Shown: piece after piece, positions 21,751 through 36,700 of the stretch
Layout of the letters: each line of letters begins with the position of its first letter
Position numbering within the stretch: position 1 is the first letter of the stretch
Source of the DNA: Auanema rhodensis
Taxonomy: Eukaryota > Animalia > Nematoda
DNA length: 64,000 nucleotides
Assembly (NCBI GenBank): GCA_964057225.1
Contig: OZ059897.1
Location: 10,168,001 to 10,232,000, forward strand
Reading direction: 5' to 3'
Program-made: the position numbers and the translations under genes
The notes under the pieces: model-generated
Database searches by the model: none
What the model saw: the letters and a program-made list of their open reading frames with translations, nothing else
What the model was told of the DNA's origin: nothing

Positions 21751-24700
21751 AATTAAACAAATCTAACATGACAGCAAGCAATATGTTTATAGCATTTTAA
21801 TTTCAAAACAAAAAATGCCCAAGACAGGAATCGAACCTGTGTCGCCACGGCCACAACGTGGAGTACTAACCACTATACTACTTGGGCCGATATTACAACA
21901 ACTTAACAGAGTTAGTGTGTTCATTGTTACTGAAATGAACTAAGATTCTTCAATTTCTGTGTGACAACATGAAAATTCTAATTCAATGAACAGAAATTGA
22001 ATTTCGTCTTTATTTTTGAAAACAATACAGTTGATTGAACGTGATTAAATCGAAAATTGTTAGAACTTGAATAAGTATTCAAATTAAAGAAATCTAACAT
22101 GACAAACAAGCAATAATTTTATAGCATTTAAATTTCAGAACAAAAAATGCCCAAGACAGGAATCGAATCTGTGTCGCCACGGCCACAACGTGGAGTACTA
22201 ACCACTATATTACTTGGGCCGATATTACAACAACTTAACAAAGTTAGTGTGTTCATTGTTACTGAAATGAACTAAGATTCTTCAATTTCTGTGTGACAAC
22301 ATGAAAATTCTAATTCAATGACCAGAAATTGAAAGATGTCTTTATTTTTGAAAACAATACTGTTAATTGAACGTGATTAAGTCGAAAATTGTTGGAACTT
22401 AAATAAGTATTTGAATTAAACAAATCTAACATGACAGCAAGCAATATGTTTATAGCATTTTAATTTCAAAACAAAAAATGCCCAAGACAGGAATCGAACC
22501 TGTGTCGCCACGGCCACAACGTGGAGTACTAACCACTATACTACTTGGGCCGATATTACAACAACTTAACAGAGTTAGTGTGTTCATATCGAAAATTGTT
22601 AGAACTTAAATAAGTATTTGAATTAAACAAATCTAACATGACAAGCAAGCAATATGTTTATAGCATTTTAATTTCAAAACAAAAAATGCCCAAGACAGGA
22701 ATCGAACCTGTGTCGCCACGGCCACAACGTGGAGTACTAACCACTATACTACTTGGACCGATATTACAACAACTTAACAGAGTTAGTGTGTTCATTGTTA
22801 CTGAAATGAACTAAGATTCTTCAATTTCTGTGTGACAACATGAAAATTCTAATTCAATGAACAGAAATTGAATTTCGTCTTTATTTTTGAAAACAATACG
22901 GTTGATTGAACGTGATTAAATCGAAAATTGTTAGAACTTGAATAAGTATTCAAATTAAAGAAATCTAACATGACAAACAAGCAATAATTTTATAGCATTT
23001 AAATTTCAGAACAAAAAATGCCCAAGACAGGAATCGAATCTGTGTCGCCACGGCCACAACGTGGAGTACTAACCACTATATTACTTGGGCCGATATTACA
23101 ACAACTTAACAAAGTTAGTGTGTTTATTGTTACTGAAATGAACTAAGATTCTTCAATTTCTGTGTGACAACATGAAAATTCTAATTCAATGACCAGAAAT
23201 TGAAAGATGTCTTTATTTTTGAAAACAATACTGTTAATTGAACGTGATTAAGTCGAAAGTTGTTAGAACTTAAATAAGTATCTGAATTAAACAAATCTAA
23301 CATGACAAGCAAGCAATATGTTTATAGCATTTAAATTTCAAAACAAAAAATGCCCAAGACAGGAATCGAACCTGTGTCGCCACGGCCACAACGTGGAGTA
23401 CTAACCACTATATTACTTGGGCCGATATTACAACAACTTAACAAAGTTATTGTGTTCATTGTTACTGAATTGAACTAAGATTCTTCAATTTCTGTGTGAC
23501 AACATGAAAATTTTAATTCAATGAACAGAAATTGAAAGATGTCTTTATTTTTGAAAACAATACACTTAATTGAACGTGATTTAATCGAAAATTGTTAGAA
23601 CTTAAATAAGTATTTGAATTAAACAAATCTAACATGACAAGCAAGCAATATGTTTATAGCATTTTAATTTCAAAACAAGAAATGCCCAAGACAGGAATCG
23701 AATCTGTGTCGCCACGGCCACAACGTGGAGTACTAACCACTATATTACTTGGGCCGATATTACAACAACTTAACAAAGTTAGTGTGTTTATTGTTACTGA
23801 AATGAACTAAGATTCTTCAATTTCTGTGTGACAACATGAAAATTCTAATTCAATGACCAGAAATTGAAAGATGTCTTTATTTTTGAAAACAATACTGTTA
23901 ATTGAACGTGATTAAGTCGAAAGTTGTTAGAACTTAAATAAGTATTTGAATTAAACAAATCTAACATGACAAGCAAGCAATATGTTTATAGCATTTAAAT
24001 TTCAAAACAAAAAATGCCCAAGACAGGAATCGAACCTGTGTCGCCACGGCCACAACGTGGAGTACTAACCACTATATTACTTGGGCCGATATTACAACAA
24101 CTTAACAAAGTTATTGTGTTCATTGTTACTGAATTGAACTAAGATTCTTCAATTTCTGTGTGACAACATGAAAATTCTAATTCAATGAACAGAAATTGAA
24201 AGATGTCTTTATTTTTGAAAACAATACACTTAATTGAACGTGATTTAATCGAAAATTGTTAGAACTTAAATAAGTATTTGAATTAAACAAATCTAACATG
24301 ACAAGCAAGCAATATGTTTATAGCATTTTAGTTTCAAAACAAAAAATGCCCAAGACAGGATTCGAATCTGTGTCGCCACGGCCACAACGTGGAGTACTGA
24401 CCACTATACTACTTGGGCCGATATTACAACAACTAAACAAAGTTATTGTGTTCATTGTTACTGAAATGAACTAAGATTCTTCATTTCCTGTGTGACAACA
24501 TGAAAATTCTAATTCAATGAACAGAAATTGAATTTTGTCTTTATTTTTGAAAACAATACAGTTAATTGAACGTGATTTAATTGAAAATTGTTGGAACTTA
24601 AATAAGTATTTTAATAAAACAAATCTAACATGACAAGCAAGCAATAATTTCATAGCATTTAAATTTCAAAACAAAAAATGCCCAAGACAGGAATCGAATC

Positions 24701-27700
24701 TGTGTCGCCACGGCCACAACGTGGAGTACTAACCACTATATTACTTGGGCCGATATTACAACAACTTAACAAAGTTAGTGTGTTCAGTGTTACTGAATTG
24801 AACTAAGATTCTTCATTTCCTGTGTGACAACATGAAAATTCTAATTCAATGAACAGAAATTGAATTTTGTCTTTATTTTTGAAAACAATACGGTTGATTG
24901 AACGTGATTAAATCGAAAATTGTTAGAACTTGAATAAGTATTTGAATTAAACAAATCTAACATGACAGCAAGCAATATGTTTATAGCATTTTAATTTCAA
25001 AACAAAAAATGCCCAAGACAGGAATCGAACCTGTGTCGCCACGGCCACAACGTGGAGTACTAACCACTATACTACTTGGGCCGATATTACAACAACTTAA
25101 CAGAGTTAGTGTGTTCATTGTTACTGAAATGAACTAAGATTCTTCAATTTCTGTGTGACAACATGAAAATTCTAATTCAATGAACAGAAATTGAATTTCG
25201 TCTTTATTTTTGAAAACAATACAGTTGATTGAACGTGATTAAATCGAAAATTGTTAGAACTTGAATAAGTATTCAAATTAAAGAAATCTAACATGACAAA
25301 CAAGCAATAATTTTATAGCATTTAAATTTCAGAACAAAAAATGCCCAAGACAGGAATCGAATCTGTGTCGCCACGGCCACAACGTGGAGTACTAACCACT
25401 ATATTACTTGGGCCGATATTACAACAACTTAACAAAGTTAGTGTGTTCATTGTTACTGAAATGAACTAAGATTCTTCAATTTCTGTGTGACAACATGAAA
25501 ATTCTAATTCAATGACCAGAAATTGAAAGATGTCTTTATTTTTGAAAACAATACTGTTAATTGAACGTGATTAAGTCGAAAATTGTTGGAACTTAAATAA
25601 GTATTTGAATTAAACAAATCTAACATGACAGCAAGCAATATGTTTATAGCATTTTAATTTCAAAACAAAAAATGCCCAAGACAGGAATCGAACCTGTGTC
25701 GCCACGGCCACAACGTGGAGTACTAACCACTATACTACTTGGGCCGATATTACAACAACTTAACAGAGTTAGTGTGTTCATATCGAAAATTGTTAGAACT
25801 TAAATAAGTATTTGAATTAAACAAATCTAACATGACAAGCAAGCAATATGTTTATAGCATTTTAATTTCAAAACAAAAAATGCCCAAGACAGGAATCGAA
25901 CCTGTGTCGCCACGGCCACAACGTGGAGTACTAACCACTATACTACTTGGACCGATATTACAACAACTTAACAGAGTTAGTGTGTTCATTGTTACTGAAA
26001 TGAACTAAGATTCTTCAATTTCTGTGTGACAACATGAAAATTCTAATTCAATGAACAGAAATTGAATTTCGTCTTTATTTTTGAAAACAATACGGTTGAT
26101 TGAACGTGATTAAATCGAAAATTGTTAGAACTTGAATAAGTATTCAAATTAAAGAAATCTAACATGACAAACAAGCAATAATTTTATAGCATTTAAATTT
26201 CAGAACAAAAAATGCCCAAGACAGGAATCGAATCTGTGTCGCCACGGCCACAACGTGGAGTACTAACCACTATATTACTTGGGCCGATATTACAACAACT
26301 TAACAAAGTTAGTGTGTTTATTGTTACTGAAATGAACTAAGATTCTTCAATTTCTGTGTGACAACATGAAAATTCTAATTCAATGACCAGAAATTGAAAG
26401 ATGTCTTTATTTTTGAAAACAATACTGTTAATTGAACGTGATTAAGTCGAAAGTTGTTAGAACTTAAATAAGTATCTGAATTAAACAAATCTAACATGAC
26501 AAGCAAGCAATATGTTTATAGCATTTAAATTTCAAAACAAAAAATGCCCAAGACAGGAATCGAACCTGTGTCGCCACGGCCACAACGTGGAGTACTAACC
26601 ACTATATTACTTGGGCCGATATTACAACAACTTAACAAAGTTATTGTGTTCATTGTTACTGAATTGAACTAAGATTCTTCAATTTCTGTGTGACAACATG
26701 AAAATTTTAATTCAATGAACAGAAATTGAAAGATGTCTTTATTTTTGAAAACAATACACTTAATTGAACGTGATTTAATCGAAAATTGTTAGAACTTAAA
26801 TAAGTATTTGAATTAAACAAATCTAACATGACAAGCAAGCAATATGTTTATAGCATTTTAATTTCAAAACAAGAAATGCCCAAGACAGGAATCGAATCTG
26901 TGTCGCCACGGCCACAACGTGGAGTACTAACCACTATATTACTTGGGCCGATATTACAACAACTTAACAAAGTTAGTGTGTTTATTGTTACTGAAATGAA
27001 CTAAGATTCTTCAATTTCTGTGTGACAACATGAAAATTCTAATTCAATGACCAGAAATTGAAAGATGTCTTTATTTTTGAAAACAATACTGTTAATTGAA
27101 CGTGATTAAGTCGAAAGTTGTTAGAACTTAAATAAGTATTTGAATTAAACAAATCTAACATGACAAGCAAGCAATATGTTTATAGCATTTAAATTTCAAA
27201 ACAAAAAATGCCCAAGACAGGAATCGAACCTGTGTCGCCACGGCCACAACGTGGAGTACTAACCACTATATTACTTGGGCCGATATTACAACAACTTAAC
27301 AAAGTTATTGTGTTCATTGTTACTGAATTGAACTAAGATTCTTCAATTTCTGTGTGACAACATGAAAATTCTAATTCAATGAACAGAAATTGAAAGATGT
27401 CTTTATTTTTGAAAACAATACACTTAATTGAACGTGATTTAATCGAAAATTGTTAGAACTTAAATAAGTATTTGAATTAAACAAATCTAACATGACAAGC
27501 AAGCAATATGTTTATAGCATTTTAGTTTCAAAACAAAAAATGCCCAAGACAGGATTCGAATCTGTGTCGCCACGGCCACAACGTGGAGTACTGACCACTA
27601 TATTACTTCGGCCGATATTACAACAACTAAACAAAGTTATTGTGTTCATTGTTACTGAATTGAACTAAGATTCTTCAATTTCTGTGTGACAACATGAAAA

Positions 27701-30700
27701 TTCTAATTCAATGAACAGAAATTGAATTTTGTCTTTATTTTTGAAAACAATACAGTTAATTGAACGTGATTTAAGCGAAAATTGTTGGAACTTAAATAAG
27801 TATTTAAATTAAACAAATCTAACATGACAAGCAAGCAATAATTTCATAGCATTTAAATTTCAAAACAAAAAATGCCCAAGACAGGAATCGAATCTGTGTC
27901 GCCACGGCCACAACGTGGAGTACTAACCACTATATTACTTGGGCCGATATTACAACAACTTAACAAAGTTAGTGTGTTTATTGTTACTGAAATGAACTAA
28001 GATTCTTCAATTTCTGTGTGACAACATGAAAATTCTAATTCAATGACCAGAAATTGAAAGATGTCTTTATTTTTGAAAACAATACTGTTAATTGAACGTG
28101 ATTAAGTCGAAAGTTGTTAGAACTTAAATAAGTATCTGAATTAAACAAATCTAACATGACAAGCAAGCAATATGTTTATAGCATTTAAATTTCAAAACAA
28201 AAAATGCCCAAGACAGGAATCGAACCTGTGTCGCCACGGCCACAACGTGGAGTACTAACCACTATATTACTTGGGCCGATATTACAACAACTTAACAAAG
28301 TTATTGTGTTCATTGTTACTGAATTGAACTAAGATTCTTCAATTTCTGTGTGACAACATGAAAATTTTAATTCAATGAACAGAAATTGAAAGATGTCTTT
28401 ATTTTTGAAAACAATACACTTAATTGAACGTGATTTAATCGAAAATTGTTAGAACTTAAATAAGTATTTGAATTAAACAAATCTAACATGACAAGCAAGC
28501 AATATGTTTATAGCATTTTAATTTCAAAACAAGAAATGCCCAAGACAGGAATCGAATCTGTGTCGCCACGGCCACAACGTGGAGTACTAACCACTATATT
28601 ACTTGGGCCGATATTACAACAACTTAACAAAGTTAGTGTGTTTATTGTTACTGAAATGAACTAAGATTCTTCAATTTCTGTGTGACAACATGAAAATTCT
28701 AATTCAATGACCAGAAATTGAAAGATGTCTTTATTTTTGAAAACAATACTGTTAATTGAACGTGATTAAGTCGAAAGTTGTTAGAACTTAAATAAGTATT
28801 TGAATTAAACAAATCTAACATGACAAGCAAGCAATATGTTTATAGCATTTAAATTTCAAAACAAAAAATGCCCAAGACAGGAATCGAACCTGTGTCGCCA
28901 CGGCCACAACGTGGAGTACTAACCACTATATTACTTGGGCCGATATTACAACAACTTAACAAAGTTATTGTGTTCATTGTTACTGAATTGAACTAAGATT
29001 CTTCAATTTCTGTGTGACAACATGAAAATTCTAATTCAATGAACAGAAATTGAAAGATGTCTTTATTTTTGAAAACAATACACTTAATTGAACGTGATTT
29101 AATCGAAAATTGTTAGAACTTAAATAAGTATTTGAATTAAACAAATCTAACATGACAAGCAAGCAATATGTTTATAGCATTTTAGTTTCAAAACAAAAAA
29201 TGCCCAAGACAGGATTCGAATCTGTGTCGCCACGGCCACAACGTGGAGTACTGACCACTATATTACTTCGGCCGATATTACAACAACTAAACAAAGTTAT
29301 TGTGTTCATTGTTACTGAATTGAACTAAGATTCTTCAATTTCTGTGTGACAACATGAAAATTCTAATTCAATGAACAGAAATTGAATTTTGTCTTTATTT
29401 TTGAAAACAATACAGTTAATTGAACGTGATTTAAGCGAAAATTGTTGGAACTTAAATAAGTATTTAAATTAAACAAATCTAACATGACAAGCAAGCAATA
29501 ATTTCATAGCATTTAAATTTCAAAACAAAAAATGCCCAAGACAGGAATCGAATCTGTGTCGCCACGGCCACAACGTGGAGTACTAACCACTATATTACTT
29601 GGGCCGATATTACAACAACTTAACAAAGTTAGTGTGTTCATTGTTACTGAATTGAACTAAGATTCTTCAATTTCTGTGTGACAACATGAAAATTCTAATT
29701 CAATGAACAGAAATTGAATTTTGTCTTTATTTTTGAAAACAATACAGTTAATTGAACGTGATTTAATCGAAAATTGTTGGAACTTAAATAAGTATTTAAA
29801 TTAAACAAATCTAACATGACAAGCAAGCAATAATTTCATAGCATTTAAATTTCAAAACAAAAAATGCCCAAGACAGGAATCGAACCTGTGTCGCCACGGC
29901 CACAACGTGGAGTACTAACCACTATACTACTTGGGCCGATATTACAACAACTAAACAAAGTTATTGTGTTCATTGTTACTGAAATGAACTAAGATTCTTC
30001 ATTTCCTGTGTGACAACATGAAAATTCTAATTCAATGAACAGAAATTGAATTTTGTCTTTATTTTTGAAAACAATACAGTTAATTGAACGTGATTAAATC
30101 GAAAATTGTTAGAACTTGAATAAGTATTTGAATTAAACAAATCTAACATGACAAGCAAGCAATATGTTCATAGCATTTAAATTTCAGAACAAAAAATGCC
30201 CAAGACAGGAATCGAATCTGTGTCGCCACGGCCACAACGTGGAGTACTAACCACTATATTACTTGGGCCGATATTACAACAACTTAACAAAATTAGTGTG
30301 TTCATTGTTACTGAAATGAACTAAGATTCTTCAATTTCTGTGTGACAACATGAAAATTCTAATTCAATGAACAGAAATTGAATTTTGTCTTTATTTTTGA
30401 AAACAATACGGTTGATTGAACGTGATTAAATCGAAAATTGTTAGAACTTGAATAAGTATTTGAATTAAACAAATCTAACATGACAAGCAAGCAATATGTT
30501 TATAGCATTTTAATTTCAAAACAAAAAATGCCCAAGACAGGAATCGAATCTGTGTCGCCACGGCCACAACGTGGAGTACTAACCACGATACTTTATGGGC
30601 CGGTATTACAACAACTAAACAAAGTTATTGTGTTCATTGTTACTGAATTGAACTAAGATTCTTCAATTTCTGTGTGACAACATGAAAATTCTAATTCAAT

Positions 30701-33700
30701 GAACAGAAATTGAATTTTGTCTTTATTTTTGAAAACAATACAGTTGATTGAACGTGATTAAATCGAAAATTGCTAGAACTTAAATAAGTATTTGAATTAA
30801 ACAAATCTAACATGACAAGCAAGCAATATGTTTATAGCATTTTAATTTCAAAACAAAAAATGCCCAAGACAGGAATCGAACCTGTGTCGCCACGGCCACA
30901 ACGTGGAGTACTAACCACTATACTACTTGGCTAAACACAGAAGAATCTAACATTACAACAACTTAACAAAATTAGTGTGTTCATTGTTACTGAAATGAAC
31001 TAAGATTCTTCAATTTCTGTGTGACAACATGAAAATTCTAATTCAATGAACAGAAATTGAATGATGTCTTTATTTTTAAAAACAATACAGTTGATTGAAC
31101 GTGATTAAATCGAAAATTGTTAGAACTTAAATAAGTATTTGAATTAAACAAATCTAACATGACAAGCAAGCAATATGTTTATAGCATTTTAATTTCAAAA
31201 CAAAAAAATGCCCAAGACAGGAATCGAATCTGTGTCGCCACGGCCACAACGTGGAGTACTAACCACTATATTACTTGGGCCGATATTACAACAACTTAAC
31301 AAAGTTAGTGTGTTCATTGTTAATGAATTGAACTAAGATTCTTCAATTTCTGTGTGACAACATGAAAATTCTAATTCAATGACCAGAAATTGAATGATGT
31401 CTTTATTTTTGAAAACAATACAGTTGATTGAACGTGATTAAATCGAAAATTGTTAGAACTTAAATAAGTATTTGAATTAAACAAATCTAACATGACAAGC
31501 AAGCAATATGTTTATAGCATTTTAATTTCAAAACAAAAAAATGCCCAAGACAGGAATCGAACCTGTGTCGCCACGGCCACAACGTGGAGTACTAACCACT
31601 ATATTACTTGGGCCGATATTACAACAACTTAACAAAGTTAGTGTGTTCATTGTTAATGAATTGAACTAAGATTCTTCAATTTCTGTGTGACAACATGAAA
31701 ATTCTAATTCAATGAACAGAAATTGAATTTTGTCTTTATTTTTGAAAACAATACAGTTGATTGAACGTGATTAAATCGAAAATTGTTAGAACTTAAATAA
31801 GTATTTGAATTAAACAAATCTAAGATGACAAGCAAGCAATATGTTTATAGCATTTTAATTTCAAAACAAAAAATGCCCAAGACAGAAATCGAACCTGTGT
31901 CGCCACGGCCACAACGTGGAGTACTAACCACTATATTACTTGGGCCGATATTACAACAACTTAACAGAGTTAGTGTGTTCATTGTTACTGAAATGAACTG
32001 AGATTCTTCAATTTCTGTGTGACAACATGAAAATTCTAATTCAATGAACAGAAATAGAATTTTGTTTTTATTTTTGAAAACAATACGGTTGATTGAACGT
32101 GATTAAATCGAAAATTGTTAGAACTTGAATAAGTATTCAAATTAAAGAAATCTAACATGACAAATAAGCAATAATTTTATAGCATTTAAATTTCAAAACA
32201 AAAAATGCCCAAGACAGGAATCGAACCTGTGTCGCCACGGCCACAACGTGGAGTACTAACCACTATACTACTTGGGCCGATATTACAACAACTTAACAGA
32301 GTTAGTGTGTTCATTGTTACTGAAATGAACTGAGATTCTTCAATTTCTGTGTGACAACATGAAAATTCTAATTCAATGAACAGAAATTGAATGATGTCTT
32401 TATTTTTAAAAACAATACAGTTGATTGAACGTGATTAAATCGAAAATTGTTAGAACTTAAATAAGTATTTGAATTAAACAAATCTAACATGACAAGCAAG
32501 CAATATGTTTATAGCATTTTAATTTCAAAACAAAAAAATGCCCAAGACAGGAATCGAATCTGTGTCGCCACGGCCACAACGTGGAGTACTAACCACTATA
32601 TTACTTGGGCCGATATTACAACAACTTAACAAAGTTAGTGTGTTCATTGTTAATGAATTGAACTAAGATTCTTCAATTTCTGTGTGACAACATGAAAATT
32701 CTAATTCAATGACCAGAAATTGAATGATGTCTTTATTTTTGAAAACAATACAGTTGATTGAACGTGATTAAATCGAAAATTGTTAGAACTTAAATAAGTA
32801 TTTGAATTAAACAAATCTAACATGACAAGCAAGCAATATGTTTATAGCATTTTAATTTCAAAACAAAAAAATGCCCAAGACAGGAATCGAACCTGTGTCG
32901 CCACGGCCACAACGTGGAGTACTAACCACTATATTACTTGGGCCGATATTACAACAACTTAACAAAGTTAGTGTGTTCATTGTTAATGAATTGAACTAAG
33001 ATTCTTCAATTTCTGTGTGACAACATGAAAATTCTAATTCAATGAACAGAAATTGAATTTTGTCTTTATTTTTGAAAACAATACAGTTGATTGAACGTGA
33101 TTAAATCGAAAATTGTTAGAACTTAAATAAGTATTTGAATTAAACAAATCTAAGATGACAAGCAAGCAATATGTTTATAGCATTTTAATTTCAAAACAAA
33201 AAATGCCCAAGACAGGAATCGAACCTGTGTCGCCACGGCCACAACGTGGAGTACTAACCACTATACTACTTGGGCCGATATTTCAACAACTAAACAAAGT
33301 TATTGTGTTCGTTGTTACTGAAATGAACTAAGATTCTTCATTTCCTGTGTGACAACATGAAAATTCTAATTCAATGAACAGAAATTGAATTTTGTCTTTA
33401 TTTTTGAAAACAATACAGTTAATTGAACGTGATTTAATCGAAAATTGTTGGAACTTAAATAAGTATTTAAATTAAACAAATCTAACATGACAAGCAAGCA
33501 ATAATTTCATAGCATTTAAATTTCAAAACAAAAAATGCCCAAGACAGGAATCGAACCTGTGTCGCCACGGCCACAACGTGGAGTACTAACCACTATACTA
33601 CTTGGGCCGATATTACAACAACTTAACAGAGTTAGTGTGTTCATTGTTACTGAAATGAACTGAAATTCTTCAATTTCTGTGTGACAACATGAAAATTCTA

Positions 33701-36700
33701 ATTCAATGAACAGAAATAGAATTTTGTTTTTATTTTTGAAAACAATACGGTTGATTGAACGTGATTAAATCGAAAATTGTTAGAACTTGAATAAGTATTC
33801 AAATTAAAGAAATCTAACATGACAAATAAGCAATAATTTTATAGCATTTAAATTTCAAAACAAAAAATGCCCAAGACAGGAATCGAATCTGTGTCGCCAC
33901 GGCCACAACGTGGAGTACTAACCACTATATTACTTGGGCCGATATTACAACAACTTAACAAAGTTAGTGTGTTCATTGTTAATGAATTGAACTAAGATTC
34001 TTCAATTTCTGTGTGACAACATGAAAATTCTAATTCAATGACCAGAAATTGAATGATGTCTTTATTTTTGAAAACAATACAGTTGATTGAACGTGATTAA
34101 ATCGAAAATTGTTAGAACTTAAATAAGTATTTGAATTAAACAAATCTAACATGACAAGCAAGCAATATGTTTATAGCATTTTAATTTCAAAACAAAAAAA
34201 TGCCCAAGACAGGAATCAAACCTGTGTCGCCACGGCCACAACGTGGAGTACTAACCACTATATTACTTGGGCCGATATTACAACAACTTAACAAAGTTAG
34301 TGTGTTCATTGTTAATGAATTGAACTAAGATTCTTCAATTTCTGTGTGACAACATGAAAATTCTAATTCAATGACCAGAAATTGAATGATGTCTTTATTT
34401 TTAAAAACAATACAGTTGATTGAACGTGATTAAATCGAAAATTGTTAGAACTGAAATAAGTATTTGAATTAAACAAATCTAACATGACAAGCAAGCAATA
34501 TGTTTATAGCATTTTAATTTCAAAACAAAAAAATGCCCAAGACAGGAATCGAACCTGTGTCGCCACGGCCACAACGTGGAGTACTAACCACTATACTACT
34601 TGGGCCGGTATTACAACAACTTATTAAAGTTAGTGTGTTCAGTGTTACTGAATTGAACTAAGATTCTTCATTTCCTGTGTGACAACATGAAAATTCTAAT
34701 TCAATGAACAGAAATTGAATTTTGTCTTTATTTTTGAAAACAATACGGTTGATTGAACGTGATTAAATCGAAAATTGTTAGAACTTGAATAAGTATTTGA
34801 ATTAAACAAATCTAACATGACAAGCAAGCAATATGTTTATAGCATTTAAATTTCAGAACAAAAAATGCCCTAGACAGAAATCGAATCTGTGTCGCCACGG
34901 CCACAACGTGGAGTACTAACCACTATATTACTTGGGCCGATATTACAACAACTTAACAAAATTAGTGTGTTCATTGTTACTGAAATGAACTAAGATTCTT
35001 CAATTTCTGTGTGACAACATGAAAATTCTAATTCAATGAACAGAAATTGAATTTTGTCTTTATTTTGAAAACAATACGGTTGATTGAACGTGATTAAATC
35101 GAAAATTGTTAGAACTTGAATAAGTATTTGAATTAAACAAATCTAACATGACAAGCAAGCAATATGTTTATAGCATTTAAATTTCAGAACAAAAAATGCC
35201 CAAGACAGGAATCGAATCTGTGTCGCCACGGCCACAACGTGGAGTACTAACCACTATATTACTTGGGCCGATATTACAACAACTTAACAAAATTAGTCTG
35301 TTCATTGTTACTGAAAAGAACTAAGATTCTTCAATTTCTGTGTGACTACATGAAAATTCTAATTCAATGACCAGAAATTGAAAGATGTCTTCATTTTTGA
35401 AAACAATACTGTTAGTTGAACGTGATTAAATCGAAAATTGTTAGAACTTAAATAAGTATTTGAATTAAACAAATCTAACATGACAAGCAAGCAATATGTT
35501 TATAGCATTTTAATTTCAAAACAAAAAATGCCCAAGACAGGAATCGAACCTGTGTCGCCACGGCCACAACGTGGAGTACTAACCACTATACTACTTGGGC
35601 CGATATTTCAACAACTAAACAAAGTTATTGTGTTCGTTGTTACTGAAATGAACTAAGATTCTTCATTTCCTGTGTGACAACATGAAAATTCTAATTCAAT
35701 GAACAGAAATTGAATTTTGTCTTTATTTTTGAAAACAATACAGTTAATTGAACGTGATTTAATCGAAAATTGTTGGAACTTAAATAAGTATTTAAATTAA
35801 ACAAATCTAACATGACAAGCAAGCAATAATTTCATAGCATTTAAATTTCAAAACAAAAAATGCCCAAGACAGGAATCGAACCTGTGTCGCCACGGCCACA
35901 ACGTGGAGTACTAACCACTATACTACTTGGGCCGATATTACAACAACTTAACAGAGTTAGTGTGTTCATTGTTACTGAAATGAACTGAAATTCTTCAATT
36001 TCTGTGTGACAACATGAAAATTCTAATTCAATGAACAGAAATAGAATTTTGTTTTTATTTTTGAAAACAATACGGTTGATTGAACGTGATTAAATCGAAA
36101 ATTGTTAGAACTTGAATAAGTATTCAAATTAAAGAAATCTAACATGACAAATAAGCAATAATTTTATAGCATTTAAATTTCAAAACAAAAAATGCCCAAG
36201 ACAGGAATCGAATCTGTGTCGCCACGGCCACAACGTGGAGTACTAACCACTATATTACTTGGGCCGATATTACAACAACTAAACAAAGTTATTGTGTTCA
36301 TTGTTACTGAATTGAACTAAGATTCTTCAATTTCTGTGTGACAACATGAAAATTCTAATTCAATGACCAGAAATTGAATGATGTCTTTATTTTTGAAAAC
36401 AATACAGTTGATTGAACGTGATTAAATCGAAAATTGTTAGAACTTAAATAAGTATTTGAATTAAACAAATCTAACATGACAAGCAAGCAATATGTTTATA
36501 GCATTTTAATTTCAAAACAAAAAAATGCCCAAGACAGGAATCGAACCTGTGTCGCCACGGCCACAACGTGGAGTACTAACCACTATATTACTTGGGCCGA
36601 TATTACAACAACTTAACAAAGTTAGTGTGTTCATTGTTAATGAATTGAACTAAGATTCTTCAATTTCTGTGTGACAACATGAAAATTCTAATTCAATGAA

